Position numbers and translations under genes: made by a program. 64,000 nucleotides of DNA from a candidate division FCPU426 bacterium. GTDB lineage: Bacteria; Oederibacteriota; Muellerivitia; Muellerivitales; Muellerivitaceae. Under the pieces are notes generated by a model that saw only the letters and a program-made list of their open reading frames with translations, had not been told where the DNA came from and searched no databases. How positions within the stretch are numbered: position 1 is the stretch's first letter; each line of letters begins with the position of its first letter. Location of the stretch: contig CAVTWJ010000021.1 of the NCBI GenBank assembly GCA_963738405.1, forward strand, positions 1 through 64,000, read 5' to 3'. Positions 1 through 8,300 of the stretch are shown here, piece by piece.

Positions 1-239
1 CTTTCATTTCGGCGTAATTTTCTTATCCCAGCCGTTCCAGGACGTTCCGATAGGCTTCGGGCGGGTCCGTCAGCACCAGATGAAGGTACTGGCCGGCTTC
101 AGCTCCCCAGGGAACGGACCACCAAGGGAATAGGGTCCAATTGCTTCACCGTCAAAGGCCGGATATCCAAAAAGTACCCGCAGGAGGGGTTCAGTTGCTC
201 CACCCAGGCGGGACGGGGGGTCAGGTCGTGCCTTTCCAT
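1..239 (-). pseudogene. DUF2249/TusA-like small protein; frameshifted and running off the window edge (possible sequencing errors)
   Basis: Manual translation from ATG at 239 gives MERHDLTPRPAWVEQLNPSCGYFLDIRPL..DPIPLVVRSLG, then continues in another frame as QYLHLVLTDPPEAYRNVLERLG. This matches the LDxR..P..L..L.PG pattern. Lies directly downstream of ric. Confidence 0.5.
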
Positions 240-261
240 CCGAAACCTCAAATCAGGCCGC

Positions 262-996
262 CTAAACCAAAAGGCCCATTTCCTTCAGCCGGTAAAACAA
301 AATGTTGTTTTCCAGGTGGATGTGCTTGTGCAGATCCTCTTCCAGTTCCTTCAAGCCCTGGTAAAGGGCCCGATAAGAGGCGCAGGCGTCCACCGGGGTG
401 GTGTAATCGCGGGTGAGGCGGTGGATTTCAAGCCATTCCTCGCCGGTCATTCCATGCTCCCAAACCAGCTGGTTGATCGGGTTTCCTGGAAGACTTCCTT
501 GGGGAATTGTTTCGCCTTAAGGTCCTTGTTTTGGCTCCTGTCCCAAAGCCGCCGAAGGTAGGGAAAAAGCACTTCCTCTTCCTTGGCCAAATGGCCTTCC
601 AACTCCTCCGCCATGGTTCCCAATAGCCCGTGCAAACGGATTAAATCGGGATAACGGCTGCCGTGCTCCCGGGAGACCTTTTCCGACAGTTTCAAAAGCT
701 TTTGAAGCTGGACCTTCGTGAAGGTGTGGTGGGTTTGGAGGATATGGTCGATGAGTTCGGGGATGCTCTTCTTGATCCAGGGGGTGGGGGCATCGGGATT
801 GGAGGGAGCATGGCTCAGAAGCCGTTCCAGCGATTGGACGACCCTTTCCACCGGAATGCCCGCCGCGGCGCAGGCGTCGTCCAGGGAACGCTGTCCGTTA
901 CAGCAATAATCGATCTTGAGGTCCTCAAAGAGGGGAATGGCGGCTTGAATTTTGTGAGGCGATGTCCCTCACCGCCCGTTCGGGGCTGACTTTCAT
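262..996 (-). CDS. ric: Iron-sulfur cluster repair di-iron protein (Ric/YtfE/ScdA), split by frameshifts near 945-965 and 480
   Basis: Joining frames gives MKVSPE..IDYCCNGQRSLDDACAAAG..HHTF..HLAKEEEVLFP..EH..DACASYRALYQGLKELEEDLHKHIHLENNILF. GGGGAG RBS precedes ATG at 996. Confidence 0.9.
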
Positions 997-1055
997 AATG
1001 ACTCCCCGGCAGGCTTGCCCGCCGAATTTTGAAGGCTTTGTTGCATTTGCCGTTC

Positions 1056-1097
1056 AGATTAGGAGTTTCACCGCTGAACCTTCATGACTCAAATCAT
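1056..1097 (-). promoter_or_regulatory. Crp/Fnr-type box plus -10 element upstream of ric
   Basis: ATGATTTGAGTCAT (1097-1084), 22-nt spacer, TAATCT (1061-1056). Confidence 0.7.
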
Positions 1098-1784
1098 AAC
1101 GGGGCCATTTCCCCCAAGTTCCCGCTCTTTTTTCAAAACCTCCTCAAAGTCATCCCCGAGTTTGCAGACGAGGGTTAAATCCCGCCCTTGAAAGTTCAAG
1201 GACACCTGGGCGGCGTGGAGCATGAGCCGGGGCGCCCCGCCCACCGGACGATCCTTGCCGTAAAGGGGGTCGCCCATCACCGGGCAACCCAGATGGTACA
1301 GGTGAACCCGAATCTGGTGCCTTCGTCCGGTCTCCGGTTTCACTTCCAAAAGGGAGGACCTGGAAAAGGTTTGAAGGACCCGGTAGCGGGTCAGGCTGGC
1401 TTTTCCCTTCGGGTCCACCCCCATTCGCCCGGAGCCGAACGCCTTGAGGGAAAATTCGATACGGCCTTCGTCTTGGGCAAGGGTCCCCCAAACCAGGGCC
1501 CTATAAATTTTCAGCACTTCCCGGTTTTCCCATTGCTGGCAGATTTCACGGTGGGTAGGCGCGTCCTTGGCGAAGAGAACCAGCCCGCTGGTTTCCCGGT
1601 CCAGCCGGTGGACCACATAGGCCTTTTTCCCGATTTTTTTTGAGACTGTCTCCACCAGGGGCGGGATTTCGTCCCCGAGGTTTCGGCCAGGGATCACCGC
1701 CTGCCCCGCGGGCTTATCGACCACGACGAGCCATTCATTTTCAAAAAGAATATTTACCTGAGGGGGAGTGGAGGGGGAAACCAT
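1089..1784 (-). CDS. RluA-family RNA pseudouridine synthase
   Basis: Motifs VDKPAG, VHRLDRETSG, TGRRHQIRVHL, GDPLYG, LMLHA. ATG at 1784 is more plausible than 1967. Confidence 0.92.
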   Translation of the reverse strand: MVSPSTPPQVNILFENEWLVVVDKPAGQAVIPGRNLGDEIPPLVETVSKKIGKKAYVVHRLDRETSGLVLFAKDAPTHREICQQWENREVLKIYRALVWGTLAQDEGRIEFSLKAFGSGRMGVDPKGKASLTRYRVLQTFSRSSLLEVKPETGRRHQIRVHLYHLGCPVMGDPLYGKDRPVGGAPRLMLHAAQVSLNFQGRDLTLVCKLGDDFEEVLKKERELGGNGPVMI

Positions 1785-1850
1785 GAAGGCATTAAACCCG
1801 ATGGGGAGCGTTCCCTTCCATCTTTTTGAATCGAAGGAACCCTTTAACTT

Positions 1851-1892
1851 ATGAGCCTTGTCATAAACCCTATGTTCTCCCAGGGTTAAATT
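1851..1892 (+). promoter_or_regulatory. Crp/Fnr-type box plus -10 element upstream of the radical SAM gene
   Basis: ATGAGCCTTGTCAT (1851-1864), 22-nt spacer, TAAATT (1887-1892). Confidence 0.7.
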
Positions 1893-1935
1893 CGGGTGGA
1901 AATTCGCGGACGGCCATTTCCGAGGGGAGATCAGG

Positions 1936-3039
1936 ATGAATATCGAAACCATGGGTTCCAACACCAAACCGAATCACCGTTATTCGGAACGGCCTTTCAT
2001 CGCCATTTGGGAAGCCACCCGGGCCTGCGACCTGGCCTGCGTGCATTGCCGGGCACAGGCCGAATCCAAGCCCTACCCCGGCGAATTGGACACGGCCCAG
2101 GCCCTGGATTTGATCCGCCAGGTCTCGGAATGGAAAGTTCCCCTTTTCGTCATCACCGGAGGCGACCCCCTGAAAAGGGAGGACCTTCCCCGGCTCATCG
2201 GGGAATGCGCGAGCCGCGAAATGACCTTCGCCCTCGCCCCCTCCGTGACGCCCCTCCTCACCTTGGAAAGGCTGAAAGAATTAAAAGAGGCGGGCCTCAA
2301 CCGGGTTTCCATTTCGCTCGATGGGGCGGACCCGCAAACCCACGACACCTTCCGGGGCACTCCCGGAACCTTCGCGCGCTGTTTGGAAACCATGCACTGG
2401 CTGAAAGATTTGGGAATCAAACTTCAGGTCAACACCACCGTTTTCCGCCATAACCGAAACCAAATCGCCGAGATCGCCCATGTCTTGAGGGAATTCGCCA
2501 TTGAGCGCTGGTCCGTCTTTTTCCTGGTCCCCACGGGCCGGGCGGATAAAAGCCAGGCCTTGAACGCCGCGGAAACCGAAGAGGCTCTCAACCAGCTTTA
2601 CGTGATATTAAAGGAAGGCTGGTTCGACATTAAAACCACCGAAGCCCACCACTTCCGCCGGATCATTTTGCAAAGGTCCAATGTCAAACCGGAAAACCTG
2701 GAGGCGGCCATGCGCCAGGGCGTAAGCCCCGGGTTGATCCGCGCCTCCTTAGGCGTCAATGACGGCAGGGGGTTTGTCTTCATTTCCCATACGGGGGATG
2801 TCTGCCCCAGCGGGTTTCTGCCCATTCCGGGCGGCAACGTGAAAAGCGAGCCCCTGGCGGACATCTATCGGGAAAACGGGATGTTTCAAATGCTGAGGGA
2901 TTCGGACGCCTTGAAGGGAAAATGCGGGCGCTGCGAGTACCGCTACCATTGCGGGGGTTCCAGGGCCAGGGCCTTTGCCCTGACCGGGGATATCATGGCC
3001 GCGGACCCCTTTTGTTCCTACCAGCCCCAGCCGGTTTAA
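1936..3039 (+). CDS. Radical SAM/SPASM protein (TIGR04053-like, NirJ/AhbD-related)
   Basis: WEATRACDLACVHCRA (CxxxCxxC), TGGDPL, GVNDGRGFVFISHTG, C-terminal CGRCEYRYHCGGSRARA..DPFC. Confidence 0.88.
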   Translation: MNIETMGSNTKPNHRYSERPFIAIWEATRACDLACVHCRAQAESKPYPGELDTAQALDLIRQVSEWKVPLFVITGGDPLKREDLPRLIGECASREMTFALAPSVTPLLTLERLKELKEAGLNRVSISLDGADPQTHDTFRGTPGTFARCLETMHWLKDLGIKLQVNTTVFRHNRNQIAEIAHVLREFAIERWSVFFLVPTGRADKSQALNAAETEEALNQLYVILKEGWFDIKTTEAHHFRRIILQRSNVKPENLEAAMRQGVSPGLIRASLGVNDGRGFVFISHTGDVCPSGFLPIPGGNVKSEPLADIYRENGMFQMLRDSDALKGKCGRCEYRYHCGGSRARAFALTGDIMAADPFCSYQPQPV

Positions 3040-3094
3040 AAAGCCCCAAGCCAACATTCAAAAAGTGTTCTTCCCCGCCGAGCCTTGCCACAAA

Positions 3095-3206
3095 ATAAAA
3101 AACCCCAGGTAGGGGAGCCACCCGGGGTTATAGAGGCGGTTCTTTTCTTCATTCCGGGTTTGACCCCGTTGACACCTCTCGGTGCCGATTCAAGAACCAC
3201 CTACCG
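3095..3206 (-). ncRNA. Putative structured small RNA (~110 nt) with intrinsic terminator
   Basis: AGGUGGUUCUU/AAGAACCGCCU closing stem encloses GGCACC-GAGA-GGUGUC and CGGG..CCCG hairpins, followed by hairpin AACCCCGGGUGG-CUCCC-CUACCUGGGGUU and a U-run. It has its own promoter. Confidence 0.6.
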
Positions 3207-3212
3207 ATTGTG

Positions 3213-3254
3213 AATATAAGGCTCCCCCCGGTTTCGAAACATGACGTAAATCAG
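3213..3254 (-). promoter_or_regulatory. Crp/Fnr-type box plus -10 element upstream of the putative sRNA
   Basis: CTGATTTACGTCAT (3254-3241), 22-nt spacer, TATATT (3218-3213). Confidence 0.65.
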
Positions 3255-3297
3255 TCTTGCGTTTTTTATTTACCAGAAAAAAGGCCCAACCTTATTG

Positions 3298-3474
3298 TCA
3301 CTCACTTTTTGTTTTCAGTTCTTTTTCCGCCGCCAGCCAATCGATTTGGGGATCATCATGGGGGCAGCCCCGTTCCAGCCATTTGTAATAGGCAAGCGTT
3401 TCGATGGCTTCCTGGGTGACGCCCTTAGGGGATGAAGCGTCGGGGCTTCCGGTTTCTTTCTTTTTGCGCGGCAT
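3298..3474 (-). CDS. DUF2934-family small protein (58 aa, absent from the ORF track)
   Basis: MPRKKKETGSPDASSPKGVTQEAIETLAYYKWLERGCPHDDPQIDWLAAEKEL matches the I..LAY..W..RG.P.....DW..AE motif. GGAG RBS. Confidence 0.85.
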   Translation of the reverse strand: MPRKKKETGSPDASSPKGVTQEAIETLAYYKWLERGCPHDDPQIDWLAAEKELKTKSE

Positions 3475-3620
3475 AGGGTTTCTCCTTTTCTCCCCTCATT
3501 ATACCCGGCGTCAATTTATCTTCACCTTTGCGCCCCCCTTATGACCGGCATCAGGAAGGGGTTCCCCTTTTTAAAGAACCCTCCTTGAAATCCAAGGGCT
3601 TCCTTCCCATTCATTCAAAA

Positions 3621-4688
3621 ATGAAAACTACCCATCCCATTCCCTCGTTTCTGATGTCGGACTCTTCCCTTTCGGAGGGAACGGCCTCCCCCCCGCCCTA
3701 TGACAATGAGGGATTGCTGGACGCCTATTCCAGCGCGGTTATTTACGCCAGCGAGAAGGTCAGTCCCTCGGTCGTCAATATTGACGTCTTTCGAAAGGGC
3801 GGACGGTGGGGCCGTTCCGGGAATTCGCTTCAAAAGGCGGGAAGCGGGTCCGGTTTCTTTTTCACCCCCGACGGCTTCATCCTCACCAACAGCCACGTGG
3901 TCCACGGGGCTCAAGAGATGGAAGTCACCCTTTTGGACGGTCAGACCCACAAGACCCGTTTGATCGGGGAAGACCCGGATTCGGACCTGGCGGTGATCCG
4001 CGTGGACGCCTCGGGCTTCAAGCCCGCAATGCTTGCCGATTCCCGGGCCCTTCGCGCGGGCCAGTTGGTGGTGGCCATCGGCAGTCCCCTGGGGTTCCAG
4101 ACCACCGTCACCGCGGGGGTGGTATCCGCACTCGGCCGGTCCCTGAGGTCCCAATCGGGCCGGCTCATCGACAATGTCATCCAAACCGACGCGGCCTTGA
4201 ACCCCGGAAACTCCGGCGGGCCCCTGGTTAATTCCCGGGGAGAGGTGGTGGGGGTTAATACCGCCACCATCCCCTCCGCCCAGGGGCTCTGCTTTGCCAT
4301 CGCCATCGGAACCGCCCAAAGGGTCGCCATGCAGTTGATGAAAGACGGCAGGGTCCACCGGGGCTATATCGGAATCGGCGGGCAGAATATCGACCTGCCC
4401 CGAAACATTGTCCGTCATTACGGCCTAACGGCGGAAAAGGGCGTGCTCATTGTCGCGGTGGAGGAAAACAGCCCGGCCCAGAGGGCGCTTCTAAAAGAAG
4501 GCGACGTGCTCGTCGAGTTCGAGGGACACCCGGTGGAGGGTATGGATGACCTGCACCGTTTGCTGACGGAAGAACCCCTCGGAGAGATCCGCTCCCTATC
4601 CCTCATCCGAAAAACGGTCCGGCTCGACTTAAAAATTATCCCCATCGAATTTCCTAAGGCTTTATCCGGGGCTTCGGACCCTTCCTAA
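3621..4688 (+). CDS. HtrA/DegP-like trypsin serine protease with one PDZ domain
   Basis: Catalytic triad motifs [22 protein letters not shown]-terminal PDZ. Start uncertain. Confidence 0.92.
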   Translation: MKTTHPIPSFLMSDSSLSEGTASPPPYDNEGLLDAYSSAVIYASEKVSPSVVNIDVFRKGGRWGRSGNSLQKAGSGSGFFFTPDGFILTNSHVVHGAQEMEVTLLDGQTHKTRLIGEDPDSDLAVIRVDASGFKPAMLADSRALRAGQLVVAIGSPLGFQTTVTAGVVSALGRSLRSQSGRLIDNVIQTDAALNPGNSGGPLVNSRGEVVGVNTATIPSAQGLCFAIAIGTAQRVAMQLMKDGRVHRGYIGIGGQNIDLPRNIVRHYGLTAEKGVLIVAVEENSPAQRALLKEGDVLVEFEGHPVEGMDDLHRLLTEEPLGEIRSLSLIRKTVRLDLKIIPIEFPKALSGASDPS

Positions 4689-4730
4689 CCTGGTTTCAAG
4701 GGTTCCCAAGGGCTGTGTTAAACTAGGCCC

Positions 4731-5429
4731 ATGTTTATTTGCGCCACAAATTCCCCTTCTTTCGGGAACCTTTTCCCCCTTCCTTGGTCAAACCTATTAA
4801 CGATCAGGGGTTGGTTTTCCCTTTTCTCCGTTTCCCTGGCCCCCAAAAGCCCTCAAAACCAGGAGGATCAGCGGCTCATTCAAGAGGCCCTTTCAGGTGA
4901 TGGAGGTTTTGAGAAGCTCGTGAGAAATTTTGAGCAGATGGTCTACCGGGTGGCCTTCCGCTATTTAAACCACGAGGCGGACGCCTGCGATGTCGCCCAG
5001 GAGGTTTTCTTAAGGGTCCACCGGGCCCTTCCCAATTTCAGGGGCGAAAGCTCTTTAAAGACCTGGATCTACGCCATCACCGCCAACATGTCCCGCAATG
5101 TTTTGCGGTCCCGCAAGGCCAGGGCCAAGGTTCAGGTTTTGGTCACGGAAGATAAGGAAGACAAGGGCCCTGGCTTGTTGGAAAGGGCGGAGGACTTGAA
5201 AAGCCCGGGGGCCCTGCGCAGCGCCGAAAGCGCCGAATTAAACCGCGCCATCCAAAAGGCCCTGCAAACCCTGCCCCCGGAATATAAGGAAGCGGTTGTT
5301 TTAAGGGACCTGGAAGGTTTGGAATATGAACAAATCGCGAAGGTTTTGAAGACTGGGGAAGGCACGGTGAAATCCCGCATTTCCCGGGGCCGGGCCCTGT
5401 TACGGGAAGCCCTGAAGGATTGGTTATGA
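4731..5429 (+). CDS. ECF RNA polymerase sigma factor (start uncertain)
   Basis: Region 2 DVAQEVFL..FRGESSLKTWIYAI; region 4 LPPEYKEAVVLRDLEGLEYEQIA..GTVKSRISRGR. Confidence 0.93.
   Translation: MFICATNSPSFGNLFPLPWSNLLTIRGWFSLFSVSLAPKSPQNQEDQRLIQEALSGDGGFEKLVRNFEQMVYRVAFRYLNHEADACDVAQEVFLRVHRALPNFRGESSLKTWIYAITANMSRNVLRSRKARAKVQVLVTEDKEDKGPGLLERAEDLKSPGALRSAESAELNRAIQKALQTLPPEYKEAVVLRDLEGLEYEQIAKVLKTGEGTVKSRISRGRALLREALKDWL
4765..4792 (+). promoter_or_regulatory. Candidate ECF-sigma promoter (autoregulatory)
   Basis: GGAAC-N17-GTCAAA at the 5' end of the ECF sigma ORF. Confidence 0.5.
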
Positions 5430-6655
5430 AAAACTGCAGGAACATCCATCCGCTTTTGGCCCTTTACCGGGACAAGGGCTTAACCCCCGCCCAAGAAAAA
5501 AAGGTGGAGGGGCATTTAAAAAGCTGCGCCCAGGGCCGTAAGGAAATGGAAGCGTTCGACAAGCTTTTCAAATCCATGGCAACGCTTCCCGAACCCCAGC
5601 CTCCTCGGGACCTGCATGAGCGCATCATGTCCCGAATCCAACCCGGTTACCGCGCCAAAACCCCGGTTCTATTACGTTGGAAAATTCCAGCCTTGGGGTT
5701 GGCCGCGGCGGCCTGCTTAACCCTTTTTATGTTGGTTCAATACCCCGATGTGATGAACCCGGGCGGAAAATACACCAACGCTCCTTCCAGCCCCTCTCCG
5801 ATTGCGACGATCGTTCAAAACCAACCCATGGCCGTTCTGCCCCAAACCGCGAAAAAAGAAACTCTTTTTGCCCTTCAAAAAGACCAAACAGCCGGCGCTT
5901 CCAATAACGCCAAGCCTTTTTCTCTCTCCGGCGGCACTGCCTCCTCCAACTCCAGCGAGGATTTAGACCTAGCGAAGGCGGAAGTAGCGCCAAGCCGGGC
6001 CCTCGCGAAGAAACGGATGAAATCGAGCGCTCCAAGAGAATTCTCGCCGGAGCCCTTTTCTTCCGGCGCAAATGATTCAGCCATGCCGCCCGCAGCCCAG
6101 GCCTCTGCTCCATCGAACAACAACACTTCCGCCGACGCGGGCTCGAGCGCTGGCGGCTTAGAAGAAAAACAACAGGAGTTTTCCGCTTCCAATGCTTCAT
6201 CCGCACCGATGGCGGGCGCCGCCGCTCCGGAAGCCAACACGGTGGCCGCATTACCTCCCGAGGCGGCGAAAGAAACAAGAGCTGCTTCCCCCCCTACAAC
6301 CCTTTATCAAAGTTGGAACGGCTCTCAGGAAACCGCATCCTTCGAGGATCAAAAACTGATCACCGACGCCGAGACTTTCAAGAATGACTGGGATATCCTT
6401 CAGCCGGGCAAGGAACTGCCTTCGGTTGATTTCACGACCCAAGCCGTCGTGGCCCTGCTGGATGCCCAGCGGCCCACCGGCGGATACCGCATCGAGGTTT
6501 CAAGGCTGGAGGAAACTTCAGACCAACTGATCGTTCATTACAAAACCGAATCCCCGGCGGCCGGGTCTATGAGCACTCAAGTCCTTACCTGGCCTTGGAC
6601 CCTTCAAGTGATCGCCAAACCCGCCAAGCCGCTGGTCTTTCAAAAGGACCCATAA
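5426..6655 (+). CDS. Anti-sigma factor: zf-HC2-like N-terminus, TM helix, low-complexity linker, PrcB-like C-terminal domain
   Basis: ATGA overlap with the sigma gene. C..HLKSC motif, hydrophobic helix, C-terminal VDF....V.....RPTGGY.I.V..TQVLT.P. Confidence 0.8.
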   Translation: MKNCRNIHPLLALYRDKGLTPAQEKKVEGHLKSCAQGRKEMEAFDKLFKSMATLPEPQPPRDLHERIMSRIQPGYRAKTPVLLRWKIPALGLAAAACLTLFMLVQYPDVMNPGGKYTNAPSSPSPIATIVQNQPMAVLPQTAKKETLFALQKDQTAGASNNAKPFSLSGGTASSNSSEDLDLAKAEVAPSRALAKKRMKSSAPREFSPEPFSSGANDSAMPPAAQASAPSNNNTSADAGSSAGGLEEKQQEFSASNASSAPMAGAAAPEANTVAALPPEAAKETRAASPPTTLYQSWNGSQETASFEDQKLITDAETFKNDWDILQPGKELPSVDFTTQAVVALLDAQRPTGGYRIEVSRLEETSDQLIVHYKTESPAAGSMSTQVLTWPWTLQVIAKPAKPLVFQKDP

Positions 6656-6692
6656 AAAAAGGCCGCCACCCGGCAAGGGTAACGGCCTTTTT
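6654..6692. terminator. Bidirectional intrinsic terminator
   Basis: AAAAAAGGCCG...CGGCCTTTTT between convergent genes. Confidence 0.7.
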
Positions 6693-6711
6693 AGATTCCA
6701 GGTTTTCCATT

Positions 6712-7158
6712 TCAGACGATGGGCACTTCCCTTGATTTCGCCGCGTCCCATCCCACTTCACTCACCTTGCTGTAGGATTCCCTGCGGGAGGATGGGCCCT
6801 TTACCGTTTCCGCCAAGGGTTTCTCTTTGCTCAGTTCCCTTCCCAGATCGGCGATGGCCTCCAAAATGGGACCCAGCTTGTGGCCCAAAGGTGTGAGGGT
6901 ATATTCCACCGTCGGAGGAGAGGTGGGCATCACGGTCCGGTTGATGACTCCCCTTTTTTCGAGTTCCCGAAGGCGGGTGGTCAAAACCTTTGCGGAAATC
7001 GTTCCCAAATCACGCTTTAAATCGCCGAAACGGCGGGTTTCGGCGCGTAAATACCACAAAATTTTGGGGGACCAGGCGCCGGAGAGTAGTTTTAAGCTGG
7101 CTTCTAGGGGACAATTTAGGGGGGGCGAGCCGGATTTATGATTTCGGCGGCGGACCAT
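6712..7158 (-). CDS. HxlR/DUF24-family winged-helix regulator
   Basis: CPLEASLKLLSGAW..RFGDLKRDL.TISAKVLTTRLRELE..PPTVEYTLT. Confidence 0.92.
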   Translation of the reverse strand: MVRRRNHKSGSPPLNCPLEASLKLLSGAWSPKILWYLRAETRRFGDLKRDLGTISAKVLTTRLRELEKRGVINRTVMPTSPPTVEYTLTPLGHKLGPILEAIADLGRELSKEKPLAETVKGPSSRRESYSKVSEVGWDAAKSREVPIV

Positions 7159-7299
7159 GGGGAAACCTCGCGTGAAACGTCTAAAGTAGGGCCCTAAAGC
7201 CCCCCAAAGGTAGTTTCCCCTTAGTACCTACTTCCCTTTGGTGATTGGATACTTATATTAAATCCACTTTGGGGAAAAAACAACAAAAGGAGCTTCGAG

Positions 7300-7950
7300 A
7301 TGAAAAAGCTGTTTTTAGCCGCTTTGGCTTTGAGTTTGTTCGCTTTCACACCCTTAAGGGCCACCGAGTACATCTTTGATAAGGCCCATTCCAACATCGG
7401 TTTTACCGTGTCCCATATCCTGGGGAAGGTGCCTGGAAAATTCACCGATTACGACGGCGGTTTTTCCTTTGATCCCAAGAGCCCCGAAAAATCCAAGATC
7501 AAGGTGACCATCCAAACAGCCAGCATCAACACGGGAATCGACAAGCGTGATGAGCATTTGAAATCGCCCGATTTCTTCGACGCGGCCAAAAACCCCACCC
7601 TCACCTTCGTCAGCAAGAACGTCACCTCCGCCGGGGACCAGAAGTACTCAGTGGTGGGAGACCTGATGATCCATGGGATTACCAAGCCGGTCACCCTGGA
7701 CGTGGATTACCTGGGCGCGGACGAGATGATGGGCACCCCCATCGTGGCCTTCTCGGCTACCACCAAGATCGACCGCAGGGATTTCGGCTTGGTTTGGGGC
7801 AATGATAAGCCCCTTACCAAAGGCGGCAACCTCATGGTCGGCAACGAGGTGACGATTAACCTGGATATCGCGGGAATGGACAAGGTCGCAGCGGCCAAGA
7901 TGATGAAAGCCATGGCCCAACCCAAACCCACCGAGGCACCGAAGAACTAA
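7300..7950 (+). CDS. YceI-family periplasmic polyisoprenoid-binding protein
   Basis: Signal peptide; DKAHSNIGF, RDEHLKSPDFFD, GDLMIHGITKPV, IDRRDFG. Confidence 0.93.
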   Translation: MKKLFLAALALSLFAFTPLRATEYIFDKAHSNIGFTVSHILGKVPGKFTDYDGGFSFDPKSPEKSKIKVTIQTASINTGIDKRDEHLKSPDFFDAAKNPTLTFVSKNVTSAGDQKYSVVGDLMIHGITKPVTLDVDYLGADEMMGTPIVAFSATTKIDRRDFGLVWGNDKPLTKGGNLMVGNEVTINLDIAGMDKVAAAKMMKAMAQPKPTEAPKN

Positions 7951-7972
7951 TTTGATTTGAAAGAAAGCTTCC

Positions 7973-8010
7973 AAAGGGGCCGGGGGACAATCTCCGGCCC
8001 CTTTTTTATT
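7973..8010 (+). terminator. Intrinsic terminator
   Basis: AGGGGCCGG..CCGGCCCCT followed by a T-run. Confidence 0.8.
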
Positions 8011-8070
8011 TCCATCCACCTCTTACCCTTTCTTTCGTTACAATAGGCCCGGGTGAGAAAAGGAGCTGTT

Positions 8071-8283
8071 ATGGTTATATCGGATTTCGAAGCCAACGAT
8101 GAGGTATTCAACCTCCTGACCCGCAAGGTGGGGACCGTGATCAACATCAAGGAGGTCGGGTCCTCCCTTTCCAGCACCTCAAAAAAATACGTGAGGGTCT
8201 TTATCAACAGCGACCTACCCGACGAAATTTGGGCCGTGGACGAGATCGCCCTCTGGGTCCGCCCCAAAAAGATGATGCAGTAA
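8071..8283 (+). CDS. Small hypothetical protein (70 aa)
   Basis: AGGAG RBS, host-like codon usage. Confidence 0.6.
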   Translation: MVISDFEANDEVFNLLTRKVGTVINIKEVGSSLSSTSKKYVRVFINSDLPDEIWAVDEIALWVRPKKMMQ

Positions 8284-8300
8284 CCTTAGCGAATTTTTTT

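Noticed and set aside
3036..3152. 38-codon minus-strand ORF starting inside the candidate sRNA
   Set aside because: It runs through the terminator, has no well-spaced RBS and no recognisable motif
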